Source: Schmidtea polychroa (lineage: Eukaryota). From it: a stretch of DNA of 64,000 nt. The stretch lies in the NCBI GenBank assembly GCA_044892525.1, contig CM097885.1, positions 24,120,001 to 24,184,000 of the forward strand, read 5' to 3'. The position numbers and the translations under genes were made by a program. This document shows, piece after piece, positions 1 to 12,676 of this stretch. The notes below the pieces were generated by a model that was not told the origin of the DNA, did not search any database, and saw only the letters and a program-made list of their open reading frames with translations. The stretch's first letter is position 1; every line of letters begins with the position of its first letter.

Positions 1-13
1 CGCAATATTACTT

Positions 14-68
14 CTTTTACCGAAGGTACGGATCTAATTTGCCGACTTCCCTTACCTACATTGTTCTA
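14..68 (-). rRNA. 55-bp fragment of eukaryotic 28S (LSU) rRNA, not a gene
   Basis: Reverse complement reads TAGAACAATGTAGGTAAGGGAAGTCGGCAAATTAGATCCGTACCTTCGGTAAAAG, matching the conserved LSU segment GTAAGGGAAGTCGGCAA..GATCCGTAACTTCGG. The flanks are not rDNA. Confidence 0.9.
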
Positions 69-364
69 AGGCTTTATAAAAAAATAATATAATATAAAAA
101 TAATATATTAGTATAATATCCAAATGTGGATGTTTTTATACATAATTTTCGGTTAATTGTCTAATATTGCGATATTATTCCGCAATATTACTTCTTTCTC
201 AACTTATTTATTCTCAGCACATACTATCAACATCTTTGTTGTTATTTTCTCTTTGGTGAATTCTTTATTCTCAAACAACCTGTCAACAAGGTCCTCCACT
301 TTTTAAAAATATATTTCAATCTCTTCGCCTCTTCTTTTATAATTCAATAAACTTTCCATATTTT

Positions 365-934
365 TTCCTAATTTTATAGACCACTCTGGAGTAGTTTTTC
401 ATACTGTTTATCTGATCTCTTTGCTTGTCTACTTTGTCCATCAGAATTAGTGTTTCCTTTATTTCCTCTGTGCTTTTTATTTTCCGTAGTATCACTTCTT
501 TCTAAACTTCTTTATTCTCCGCACATACTATTAACATCCTTGCTGTTAATTTCTCTTTGGTAAATTCTTTATTTTCAAACAACCTATCAACTAGGTCCTC
601 CAACTTTTTAAAATAACGTTTCTATTTCTTCACCCTTCCGCTTGTAATTCAACAAGTTTCGTATATCCTTTAAAACATCTCCTTCGCGATCGAATGCCAA
701 TCGCAACCTAGCCAGGAATCCTTCTGCTTTTTTATGTGTTTTGGCATACACTTCCAGGAGATCCTCATCAATCATGCAAGATGTTAGTCTTTCCTGATCT
801 TTCTTATGCGTGATTCCCTTGGCGTCGAAATAAATTTCGCATCTCTTAATGAACTATACCAAGTCCTCACCTTGCCAGAATACCTTTGGTAGCAATCTTT
901 CGGTGATTGCGTCAGTGTTTACCGCTGCCACCAT
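365..934 (-). pseudogene. LTR-retrotransposon gag-like remnant (variant B) with tRNA-Leu PBS
   Basis: Translates MVAAVNTDAITERLLPKVFWQGEDLV*FIKRCEIYFDAKGI...VCAENKEV*KEVILRKIKSTEEIKETLILMDKV, with in-frame stops. Starts at TGGTGGCAGCGGT (921-933). Copy at ~40455-41024. A further partial piece at ~205-361. Confidence 0.7.
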
Positions 935-1175
935 ATTAGGATGTTCATCCTGTAAAACATTAAAATCAGTGTTTGTTTCCATAAATTTTATTTCAGTAAA
1001 TATCAGTATCAAATTATATCTTCTTTAAACTTTCTTATTTAAACAAATTTTCTACGAAGATATTTTTAATTAAAATATCTTAATATATATCTTAATAATA
1101 ATAATATATATCTTAATAATAATATATATCTTAATATATATCTTAATAATATCTTAATATCTTTTTAATTAAAAT

Positions 1176-2335
1176 ACCAAGTACTCACAACCGACAACAA
1201 CCAGTTACTAAGCATTATTAACCAACTACTAAGTACCTACAACCAACTAGCTACAATCTACCATGTACTAACAACCGACAACAACCAGGTACTAAGCATT
1301 AATTACCTACAACTGGTACTAACAACCAACCAACTAGGTACTAGCTACCAAGTACTCACAAGCGACAACAACCAAGTACTAAGCATTATTAACCAACTAC
1401 TAAGTACCTACAACCAACTACTAAGTACCTACAACCAACATCAACCAGATACCTACAACTAGATACTAACAACCAGTTACCTGCTACCAAGTACTTACAA
1501 CTAGATACCACGTACTAACTAACTCTCAACCCCCACCTACCCATTAACTAGCTACTAAGTACTAACAACCAGCTAACAACTAGATACCAAGTACTTACAA
1601 CCAACATCAACCAGGTACTAAGCATTATCAACCAACTAAATACTAAGTACTAACAACCAACCAACTAGGTACTAGATACCAAGTACTTACAACCAACATC
1701 AACCAGGCACTAAACATTATCAACCAACTACTAAGTACCTACAACCACCTATCAAGTACTAACAATCAAAAGCAACAACTAGATTCTAACAACCAAAAAC
1801 ATGCAACCAACTAGCTACAACCAGCACTCAACTAGATACCAACTACTAAGTACCTACAACCAACTAGCTACCACCTACCAAGTACTAACAACCAGTTACC
1901 AACTACTAAGCATTAATTACCTACAACTAGTTACTAACAACTAGATACCAAGTACATACAACCAACAACTAAGCATTATCAACCATGTACTAACAACCAA
2001 CTACTAACAACCTACAACAACTAGGTACTAAGCATTATCAACCAAGTACCTAAAACCACCTACCAAGTACATACAACCAACATCATTCAGATACCTACAA
2101 CTAGATACTAACAACCAGTTACCAAGTACCTACAACCACCTACCCATTAACTAACTACAACCAGCTAACAGCAACCAACCAACTACCAAGTACTAACAAC
2201 CAACAACCAGCTAACAACTAACTACCAGATACCAACTACTTACAACCAACAACTAAGTACTAACAACCAGCTAACAACTAGATACCTAGTACTAAGCACT
2301 GTCAACTTGATACCAAGCACTGACAACCAGATGAC
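1176..2335 (+). repeat. C/A-rich, G-poor complex satellite (copy of 7073-8232)
   Basis: Scrambled units such as CAACCAAC, AAGTACTAACAAC, AGATACCAAG, CTAAGCATTAT. Homology with the 7073 block continues through AT-rich DNA to ~2662/8626. Copy at 41266-42425. Confidence 0.9.
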
Positions 2336-2660
2336 CACATGAAATTATTGGTTAAATAAGTAAAATAATGTTTAATTTTTAAATTAACTAATCAATGATC
2401 TAAAATATTAAAGTTAAAGTCAATTTAAGATGAAGATTTTCTGGGATTTCCAATGTTAATTTTAGATGCAAATCTTCGTCAATTAATCAATGACCACATG
2501 AAATTATTGGTTAAATATGAAAATAAGGATTATATTTAGTTGTTAAGTAAATTATGGTGTAAAATTAAGAAATAAAGAATAATTAGGTAAATTAAGGATA
2601 AGTAAAGTTAAAAATTTTAAATAAGTAAATTAAGGTTCAAAATCTAAAATTAAGTAACCA

Positions 2661-2784
2661 AAAAATTTTTTCTCAAAACATTTAGTGAAAAATTTCAAAA
2701 TAAAAAATCGAATTCGATTATCAAGAATTCAATTATCAATGAGCCGCAGTTTACTCAACGAAGAGCCGCATTTGCCCACCGTTG
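2661..2784. mobile_element. Orphan terminal fragment of the hAT element (duplicated end)
   Basis: Identical to ~38276-38400, ending TTTGCCCACCGTTG and followed by the same CTATATAA flank. Copy at ~42751-42874. Confidence 0.85.
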
Positions 2785-2959
2785 CTATATAAGGATTCTC
2801 ATTCGTTAAAACATTAATATTGGTTTGCAAATTATTAGATAACTCCATAAATTTCATTTTATAAATTAAGCACTAAAAACTTATCTTTTCTTTAGTTTTT
2901 TATTTAAACTAATTTCAATCTTTTTTTAAAATATTTTTGGATAAAACATTGAGAATCTT

Positions 2960-3180
2960 TTCTCTTCCTCATAATTAACACATTCTATAATGAATATCTC
3001 TACACCATATCCTTTATGGTAATCGTTCTGAAATAGCTTCTTTATAAAGAAATCATATATTTGGTCACCATTTTCGAATTTCCTAGAATATTTCCTTGTT
3101 TAATTCATGTCCCAATATTTTATCAACTAACTCTTCTATAATCGTGAAATAATTTTTGGGCTCCTTGTATTTATGTATTT
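2960..3180 (-). pseudogene. Highly decayed, rearranged gag-like remnant
   Basis: YFTIIEELVDKILGHELNKE resembles YFKKVEDLVDRLFENKEFTKE of the other gag copies, and KEAISERLP resembles DAITERLLP. Confidence 0.45.
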
Positions 3181-3559
3181 TTTACTACAATATATTTCGA
3201 CAGAATCACTGTGATCTTCAGGAAGAATTGAAATTCAAAATCAACATCTGAACATCTTCTAAGCAAGAACAGAAATAGACTAAATTCATAATTTTTATCA
3301 CATATATCCAATTTAATCATTGATAGTTATTCTTTCATTAACATTCTACATCTCTTCATCAATTCCAAAGAGCTTCTATTGAGTAATACAAAAAAAACAA
3401 AGTGTCACTTTCAAATTTATTATAACAATCACTATTTAATGGCATTGATTTAGATATAACGAAAAGCACTAAATCTAATATATATATTTTACTACAATAT
3501 ATTTCGACAAAATCACTGTGGTCTTCAGGTAGAATTAAAATTCAAACTAAATCAATCGA

Positions 3560-4660
3560 AATTGCTCTTTCTCTTAATTTCTTTTTTAAACATTGAATAG
3601 CCTCTTTTGGTTCGATAGATGTGTATAGTGATACGACATCAAGACTGAATGGGTATTTGAATTCTCTATGAGAAGTTTTGTTATTATTTAATCTTGTCAT
3701 GAGGCAGTCGCTGCTTTAAAGATGGTGTGGTCCAATAAAGGTTTCAAGATCTTTGCAAGGAGCCAACTTGTTTTAGTTGTTGGTCCATTTTTGTTGAACA
3801 CTATAGGCCTATTTTTGATAACAGAATCCTCTTTGTGAGTTTTAATTAGGTGGTAGAAGTTTGGAAGATCAGAATTTTTTGTGACGAAGCTGTTGGTTAT
3901 TCTGTTGCTGAGCTTCATTTCCAAAGCTATGGCTTTCAATACTTTGTTGATCTTCATTTCGATATTGTTTGGTGACATGCGGCTGACTTTCTTGTATGTT
4001 TCGATATTGCCGAGGTGTTCGTAACCAGCTTCAAAGTACCGATTCTTCTCTATAATGCAAAATTCTCCCCCTTGTCACTTGGTAAGTAAACGTATGGTTT
4101 CTTTTCGAGGGATTTTAATATTGCTTGTTCATCTTTCGATAGGTTTGAGAGTTATGGTTTTCTTTTTTCCTTCTCAACTATCTCCATAATTTTGTGACAG
4201 ACCTTTGAGAGTGTTGAATCTAATTCTGCATCAGGATTTAGTTGATAGAGTTTATCTGCGTTTATGTATACTGGGAGCTTTTCTTCGCTATTTTCATTTT
4301 CATGAGGTATTGTATTGTTCCATTTGATCTGGTACGCAATGCGACAAAAAGCTGTTTTGAAATTGAGGATGGCTGCTTCATCTATTTTTCTGTTTATACT
4401 GAACTTTGGTCCTAGTGAAAGTAATCCTTTTGCACCTTCAGATAGACAATTTGTGAGGTCGGTTACCGATTTTTTGTTCAATGTAATGCTGTTGTTTCTA
4501 TCCAGTGTTTCATTGTTTGATCCTTTTGTCTAATCACAGGGAATAATGTGCTTCTGCTGTCATGAAAGATTGTCTTTGTACCTATTAAATCAATTCTTTT
4601 GGGTGGTTATTCAAATAAGGTTTCTTGATTTCGTTGATTCTAGCTAAATATTTGCTAAGC
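3560..4660 (-). mobile_element. Penelope-like retroelement, N-terminal/RT pseudogene fragment
   Basis: Motifs occur in order across frameshifts: LLSLGPKFS, YLPSDKG, PNFYHLIKTHK..RPIV..GPT, and PFSLDVVSLYTSIEPKEAI (RT motif A, ~3600-3652). Truncated before the YxDD motif. Confidence 0.85.
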
Positions 4661-5435
4661 TAATTATAGAAACTTTATAAAAAAATTGTTCTAAGACTTT
4701 ATAAAAAAATAATATAATATAAAAATAATATATTAATATAATATCCAAATGTGGATGTTTTTATACATAATTTTCGGTTAATTGTCTAATATTGCGATAT
4801 TATTCCGCAATATTACTTCTTTCTCAACTTATTTATTCTCAGCACATACTATCAACATCTTTGCTGTTATTTTCTCTTTGGTGAATTCTTTATTCTCAAA
4901 CAACCTGTCAACAAGGTCCTCCACTTTTTAAAAATATATTTCAATCTCTTCGCCTCTTCTTTTATAATTCAATAAACTTTCCATATTTTTTCCTAATTTT
5001 ATAGACCACTCTGGCGTAATTTTTCATACTGTTTTCATACAAAAATCCGACTACCACTAAAAAAGCATGGAATTTTCAGACTATAGTGACGGCGTCTCGA
5101 TGGTCCTAGGATTTTCAATACAAAAAAAATTTTTCAATACAAAAATCCGACTACCACTAAAAAAGCATGGTAATTTAAGGTCTCAGGATATTTTCAATAC
5201 AAAAATCCGATTATCACTAAAAAAGCCAAGGATTTTTCAGACTATAGTGAGGTGAGTCTCCTTGGTCCTGAGAAATAGATGGTCTACACTAAAAAAACGT
5301 GGTAATTTAAGGTCTCAGGATATTTTCAATACAAAAATCCGACTATCAATAAAAAAGCATGGATTTTTCGATTTAAATTAAGGTGAGTCTCCTTGGTCCT
5401 GAGAAAAAGGTGGTCTACACTAAAAACCTGGTAAA

Positions 5436-6060
5436 TTTTTCAATTACAGTAAATTATGGCTCAAATTTTTGAATTACAGTAAATTATGGGTCTAAAAAAT
5501 TAAATTACAGTAAATAATGGTTCAAATTTTTCAATTACAGTAAGTAATGGGTCTAAAAATTAAATTACAGTAAATAATGGTCCAAATTTTAAAATTACAG
5601 TAAATTATGGTCCAAAAATTTAAATTAAAGTAAATTATGGTTCTAAAAATTGAATTAAAGTAAATAATGGTCCAAATTTTTAAATTAAAGTAAATTATGG
5701 TTCTAAAAATTGAATTAAAGTAAATAATGGTCCAAATTTTTAAATTAAAGTAAATTTAAGTTCTTAAAAATTAAATTACAGTAAATTATGGTCCAAATTT
5801 TTCAAATACAGTAAATTATGGGTCAAAAAATTAAATTACAGTAAATAATGGTTCTAAAAATTAAATTAAAGTAAATTAAGGTTCTAAATTTTAAATTAAA
5901 GTAAATTAAGGTTCTAAAAAATTAAAATAAAGTAAATTAAGGTTCAAATTTTTGAATTAAGTAATCAATGGTAAAAAATTTTAAATAAGTAAATTAAAGT
6001 AATAATTTTTAAATTAAGTAATCAATGGTAAAAAATTTTAAATAAGTAAATTAAAGTAAG
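5436..6060 (+). repeat. ~30-bp tandem minisatellite in the left inverted arm
   Basis: About 20 degenerate units of AATTA(C/A)AGTAAAT(T/A)ATGG(T/G)TC(T/C)AAA. Mirror copy at ~13515-14145. Confidence 0.9.
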
Positions 6061-6099
6061 ATTTTAAAATTTATTAACAAAAAGTTGAAGGTGTTTGAG

Positions 6100-6340
6100 A
6101 ATTGAAATTTTTTATTGAAAATTTTTATGGAATAATTTTTTAAGTAATTTTTAATGGAAATTTTTATGAAATAATTTTTTAAGTTAATTTTTAATGGAAA
6201 TTTTTATGGAATAATTTTTTAAGTAATTTTTAATGGAAATTTTTATGAAATATTTTTCAATGATAATTTTAGATCTAAATTTTTAAGATAATTTTTAATG
6301 GAAATTTTTATGAAATATTTTTCAATGACAAATTTTAATA
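6100..6340 (+). repeat. ~33-bp tandem repeat in the left inverted arm
   Basis: Repeated TTTTAATGGAAATTTTTATG(G/A)AATA. Mirror copy at ~13240-13475. Confidence 0.8.
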
Positions 6341-6344
6341 ATAA

Positions 6345-8232
6345 TTCAACAACAAACCAACAACTTAGTACCAACAACCAGTAACTTACGAACATGTATT
6401 AACAACCAGATACCTACAACTAGTTACTAACAACTAGTTACATGATACTAAGTAAATACAACCACCTAACAAGTACTAACAACCAAAAACAAGCAACCAA
6501 CCAGGTACCAGTTACCACCTACCAAGTACCTACAACCAACTACTAAGTACCTACAACCAAAAACAACCAACTAGGTACTAGATACCAAGTACTTACAACA
6601 AACATCAACCAAGTACCTACTACCACCTACCAAGTACTTACAACTAGTTACTAACAACCAGTTACCTGCTACCAAGTACTTACAACTAGTTACTAACAAC
6701 CAATTACCTGCTACCAAGTACTTACAACTAGATACCACGTACTAACTAACTCTCAACCCCCACCTACCCATTAACTAGCTACTAAGTACTAACAACCAAC
6801 AACAACCAAGAACTAAGCATTATCAACCAACTAAATACTAAGTACTAACAACCAACATCAACCAGGTACCAGATACCAACTAGCTACCAAGTACTAACAA
6901 CCAACAACAACCAGGTACTAAGCATTATTAACCACCTACTAAGTACCAACAACCAGTAACTTACGAACATGTATTACCAACCAGATACCTACAACCAGTT
7001 ACCTGATACCAAATACTTACAACTAGATACCAAGTACTATCAACCAAAAACCACCAACCAACTAGGTACTAGATACCAAGTACTCACAACCGACAACAAC
7101 CAGTTACTAAGCATTATTAACCAACTACTAAGTACCTACAACCAACTAGCTACAATCTACCATGTACTAACAACCGACAACAACCAGGTACTAAGCATTA
7201 ATTACCTACAACTGGTACTAACAACCAACCAACTAGGTACTAGCTACCAAGTACTCACAAGCGACAACAACCAAGTACTAAGCATTATTAACCAACTACT
7301 AAGTACCTACAACCAACTACTAAGTACCTACAACCAACATCAACCAGATACCTACAACTAGATACTAACAACCAGTTACCTGCTACCAGGTACTTACAAC
7401 TAGATACCACGTACTAACTAACTCTCAACCCCCACCTACCCATTAACTAGCTACTAAGTACTAACAACCAGCTAACAACTAGATACCAAGTACTTACAAC
7501 CAACATCAACCAGGTACTAAGCATTATCAACCAACTAAATACTAAGTACTAACAACCAACCAACTAGGTACTAGATACCAAGTACTTACAACCAACATCA
7601 ACCAGGCACTAAGCATTATCAACCAACTACTAAGTACCTACAACCACCTATCAAGTACTAACAATCAAAAGCAACAACTAGATGCTAACAACCAAAAACA
7701 TGCAACCAACTAGCTACAACCAGCACTCAACAAGATACCAACTACTAAGTACCTACAACCAACTAGCTACCACCTACCAAGTACTAACAACCAGTTACCA
7801 ACTACTAAGCATTAATTACCTACAACTAGTTACTAACAACTAGATACCAAGTACATACAACCAACAACTAAGCATTATCAACCATGTACTAACAACCAAC
7901 TACTAACAACCTACAACAACTAGGTACTAAGCATTATCAACCAAGTACCTAAAACCACCTACCAAGTACATACAACCAACATCAACCAGATACCTACAAC
8001 TAGATACTAACAACCAGTTACCAAGTACCTACAACCACCTACCCATTAACTAACTACAACCAGCTAACAGCAACCAACCAACTACCAAGTACTAACAACC
8101 AACAACCAGCTAACAACTAACTACCAGATACCAACTACTTACAACCAACAACTAAGTACTAACAACCAGCTAACAACTAGATACCTAGTACTAAGCACTG
8201 TCAACTAGATACCAAGCACTGACAACCAGATG
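6345..8232 (+). repeat. C/A-rich complex satellite
   Basis: Strongly strand-asymmetric CAAC/TAC/AAGTAC repeats. The first ~480 bp are mirrored at 12756-13232. Copy at 46435-48322. Confidence 0.9.
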
Positions 8233-8750
8233 ACCACATGAAATTATTGGTTAAATAAGTAAAATAATGTTTAATTTTTAAATTAACTAATCAATGATCT
8301 AAAATATTAAAGTTAAAGTCAATTTAAGATGAAGATTTTCTGGGATTTCCAATGTTAATTTTAGATGCAAATCTTCGTCAATTAATCAATGACCACATGA
8401 AATTATTGGTTAAATATGAAAATAAGGATTATATTTAGTTGTTAAGTAAATTATGGTGTAAAATTAAGAAATAAAGAATAATTAGGTAAATTAAGGATAA
8501 GTAAAGTTAAAAATTTTAAATAAGTAAATTAAGGTTCAAAATTTTAAATTAAAGCTAAATGAGTAAATTAAAGTAATAATTTTTAAATAAGTAAATTAAG
8601 GTTCAAAATCTAAAATTAAGTAACCAATGGTTCAAATTTTTAATTAAAGCTAAATAAGTAAATTAAAGTAAGATTTTTAAATTTATTATCAAAATATTGA
8701 ATAACCACCAATTTTTTTGAGAAATGTAATTTTTAATGAAAATTTAAATG

Positions 8751-8789
<39 letters not shown>

Positions 8790-9214
8790 TAATAATAATA
8801 ATAATTCAACAGTTACCAACAATCGGTTACTAAATATTTTTAACTAGGTGCTGACAAATACTTACAACATGATACCACGTACTAACTCTCAAACAACCAG
8901 ATACTTACAACGAACTACTAAATATTCTTCATTGTATTTTATGAAATGCTTTTTAAATTAATTTTTTATACATCTTCTATAATAATTTTAATTACAATCA
9001 GTAGAAAAACCTTTTCATATTTAACAAAAATGTTGATTTTCATCAAAAAATGAATAATTGTCAACTCATCCCCACGCGAAATTCAAAATAATTACAATGA
9101 AAGACTAATGAATTCTAATTTACAAAACATTCTTCTTTTAATTGATAACTTATTATTGCAATGTAAAAATCGCATTCAATAAATACTTATTGTTGATCAA
9201 TTTTATTATATATA

Positions 9215-12085
9215 CTCTGAGTTTATCCGACAGGATGTTTTGACCCCCTAAAGGTACTGGTCGTAAGGGTACTGGTCGTAAGGGTATTGGTAACACTCAA
9301 CCCCCACCTACTCATTAATTAGTTACCATGTACTAACAACTAGGTTTCAAACAACTAAATACTAAACACTAACATCCAACAACAACCAGGTACTAAGCAT
9401 TATCAACCTACAACTATATAACAACAATCAGTAAACAACACTGTACCAACTACCAAATACAAGAAACCAACAACTTAGTACCAACAATCAACTAACAACA
9501 CATAAAAATAATAGCAATTAAATAAAAAAATTATTCTTCATCGCATACACTATTTTCTAATCAAAATCTAAAAAGTCAACCAACTACTTACAACCAACAA
9601 CTATGTACTAACAAATTGATCTTTAAAAGCAAATACTCATCACTTGAAAAAAATTAGATGAAAAATTAATTGAACTCAAGGCACTTTTAAGATATTTGAA
9701 CTCAAGGCATCAATAACTTGGTAAAAATTGATTAAATTATTGTAAAAATTTAAATTATTCAAAATATACTAAATTAAAAAAATATAATTAATGGGCAAGA
9801 AAGAACTTTAAATTCTAGTCATAGATCATTCAGGTTAATATGAATCAACTAAGATAATAAATAATAAGATAAGATCTAGTAGATAATTGATTTAGATTGA
9901 ATAAATTAATTTAAATAAAATAAAATTTAATTATTTTTGTAAAAGTAATACATGTACTCAAATTGATTGACTGATTTCTCAATATATTCAAAAAATCAGT
10001 ATAAATTCATTACAATTATCAAAGTCAGCAATCTACAATAAAAATAATTATCATTAAATTCCAAAAGAGACTAGATAACTAATGATAACATCTAACAAAC
10101 CAGTAAATTCATTTAAATGACAATAATTGGTATATCCAAGTGAATTCTCCAATAAAATCATCTAAAAAGAATCATTTTCCCCTAAATATATCAATATTTA
10201 AAGATTGGTATTTTAATGATAAGTACTTGTTAAAGATCATATATTCACCTCAAACTAACAAGATTCCTTAAAATCCCCTTAAATGACTTTAATTCCTATT
10301 ATCACGAATATTTCCCTATAAAACATGTAAAATAATTTGGTCATTAACCCTAAATAATTGATAAAATCTAATGATAAAACCGGTTATAATTAACTTTTTG
10401 TTAATCACTGTACTCGAAATTTAAAATAAATATAACTGACTAGGTCCCATTAAAAGATTAAATTTATCCATTCAATAAAATATATTTCTTCAAATGATCA
10501 TTTTACCGATATTCAACCGATTTAATTACTAATTAAAATCAAGATTTCTTTCAATAAAGATCAATTTTATTTAGTCGATGTTTTAAGTCCATATTTCTAA
10601 ACTTTTGTCATTCTCCGTCTAAATAAAGATAAAAATAATTTAAAGTTGATATCAATCCCAATTATCTGTCAAGTTTTCATTGTCAAAACCAAGTAAATCG
10701 ATCATTATCCCTACTTAATAATCCATAAATCTAAATTAATATACAATGGATTAATCACAACCTAATAAAACGATATAATTATTATTGATTCATAACTGAC
10801 TAATGTATTGCAATTTCCTTAAAAAACATTGATATTTTACCAACATCACCCTTAAAAAATCATATATTCCCATCGAAACCCTTCCCTCATTAAAAGGAAC
10901 CGACTATATCTCCCTTACAATAATATATTCCCATCTTAACCCATCTCACATTAAATCTAACCGACTATATCCCCTTAAAAGATCATATTTTCCCCATCTT
11001 AACCGATCTCTCATTAAATCTAACCAACAATATCCCATCTTAACCGATCTCTCAGCAAATATTTCTACCCTTTTAAACATCTATCCGATTATATCCCTTA
11101 TTTTCCCTAAAGATTTCACCCACTTGAGCCCTTTAATATATATCAATCCTCTCAAAATCCTCAGAGAACTTCAAAAATATGACTTTTAATTAATTGTTAT
11201 AGAACCAGACAAATAATAAGAGCCCATTAAAAGATCAAAATTCACTAAATTTTCTACAAATATTTACCATCAAATACTGGAGATGATAGTATATTGTTTG
11301 ATCATAATTCTTCATCGATTCAGCCAATCATTTTCAAGCAAACTAAATTTCAGTATATTCTACAATCATTTTCATGTAAATTTAAAGTTAACTGGTTTCT
11401 TAGCTTATGTTTTTTAAAGTTCATCAATGAGTAAATTATTGAAAAAATTATTTAGTCAAATATATTACAAAGTTATCATCAAAAATCACTTAATTATTAA
11501 CCTAATTGTCAATGAAATTAATTTTTATTTAAAAACTATTCAATAAAATACCACTAATTATCAAGAAATTAACTAAATTTATCAATTAAATTTATCACCA
11601 TTAAAACTTTTAATCAGTTAACATGAAATTCTTAGAAAATTATTCAATATCCTCATCAAAATTTATCCTATCACTTGATTATTGTACAAACTTTAATTAT
11701 TAACCTCATTAAAATAAATTTTTATTTAAAATTAAAAAACAAGTCAATAAAAATACATTCAATTATCAAGAAATTAATTAAATTTACCTTAGAATTAGTA
11801 TTAAATTACAGATATTCACAAAAATTACGGAAATTCATGAAAATAATGGAAATTCACAAAATTGATAAAAATTCACAAAAATTATAGAAATTTACTTGAA
11901 TATTTACTAAAACCATCAACTCTAAAAATTATCAATGAATGCCTTAAACAACAAATTTGCTTAAATTCAAATAAAAGCAATAAATATCTTTACGACTTAT
12001 ACCCTTACGACATGTTGAATGTGAGTAGTACCCTTGTGAGCAATACCCATAGGGGGACAGAATATTTTGTCGGATAAACTCAGAG
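9215..12085. repeat. Inverted-repeat pair with 15-bp subterminal repeats (possible DNA-transposon ends)
   Basis: CTCTGAGTTTATCCGACA (9215-9232) is perfectly inverted at 12068-12085, extending imperfectly to ~36 bp. TATATA lies outside both. Tandem GTCGTAAGGGTACTG units lie inside. Related end at ~24535-24600. Copy at 49337-52207. Confidence 0.6.
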
Positions 12086-12598
12086 TATATATTAATTAAC
12101 TTATTCTTCATTGAATCAGTAAAATTATCATAAATTTCGATAAAAAATCTTATGTGGTAAGCAATGTAAAGAGAAATATTCTTTAAACTTTGATAAAATT
12201 AACAATGAAGGTGGTAAGAATCTTCATTAAAGTGAGGAAATTACTCGATGATAAATTCAAATGGGTGAAAATAATTGGTAGAATAATTCATTAATGGAGG
12301 TAAATAATGAGAAGTGGCATAGATAAGAAGAAGGTTGATAAAAATGTAAATATATTAATTGAATTTATTTAAAATTATTTCATAAAATTCATAAATTTAA
12401 TAAAAAAAACTTTTAAAACAAATATTTGTGGGGAATAATTAATCAAAATCGGAGGGATATTAGTGATTAATTAATTGAAAATAGAGAATCGGGGAATATA
12501 AGTGAATAATTAATGGAAAATCGGGAATCGGGGGTAATATAGGGATTAAATAGTGGAGAATAATAGTGAATATAAGTGAGGAGGATATATAATTTAAG

Positions 12599-12676
12599 CT
12601 AGTTTATTACATAACAAGCCGTGACTAGTTTATTACATAACATGCCGCAACTAATTTATTACATAACAAGCTGTGA
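12599..12676 (+). repeat. Three tandem 26-bp repeats
   Basis: CTAGTTTATTACATAACAAGCCGTGA / CTAGTTTATTACATAACATGCCGCAA / CTAATTTATTACATAACAAGCTGTGA. Copy at 52721-52798. Confidence 0.9.

Noticed and set aside
162..190. 10-bp hairpin as a Helitron 3' end
   Set aside because: No CTRR terminus at the expected distance on either strand.
5067..5255. 62-aa ORF present four times
   Set aside because: It lies in the repetitive inverted arm. Recurrence reflects duplication, not coding conservation.
5436..6060. CRISPR-like appearance of ~30-bp periodic repeats
   Set aside because: The units are contiguous and degenerate, with no unique spacers, no cas genes and a eukaryotic context.
6969..7361. 130-aa T/N/Q/Y-rich ORF (also 47059-47451)
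   Set aside because: It is a translation of the C/A-rich satellite, with no domain signature.
9600..10820. Possible decayed Polinton ORFs inside the foldback element
   Set aside because: Partial manual translation gave no convincing motif. A frameshift-aware protein search is needed.
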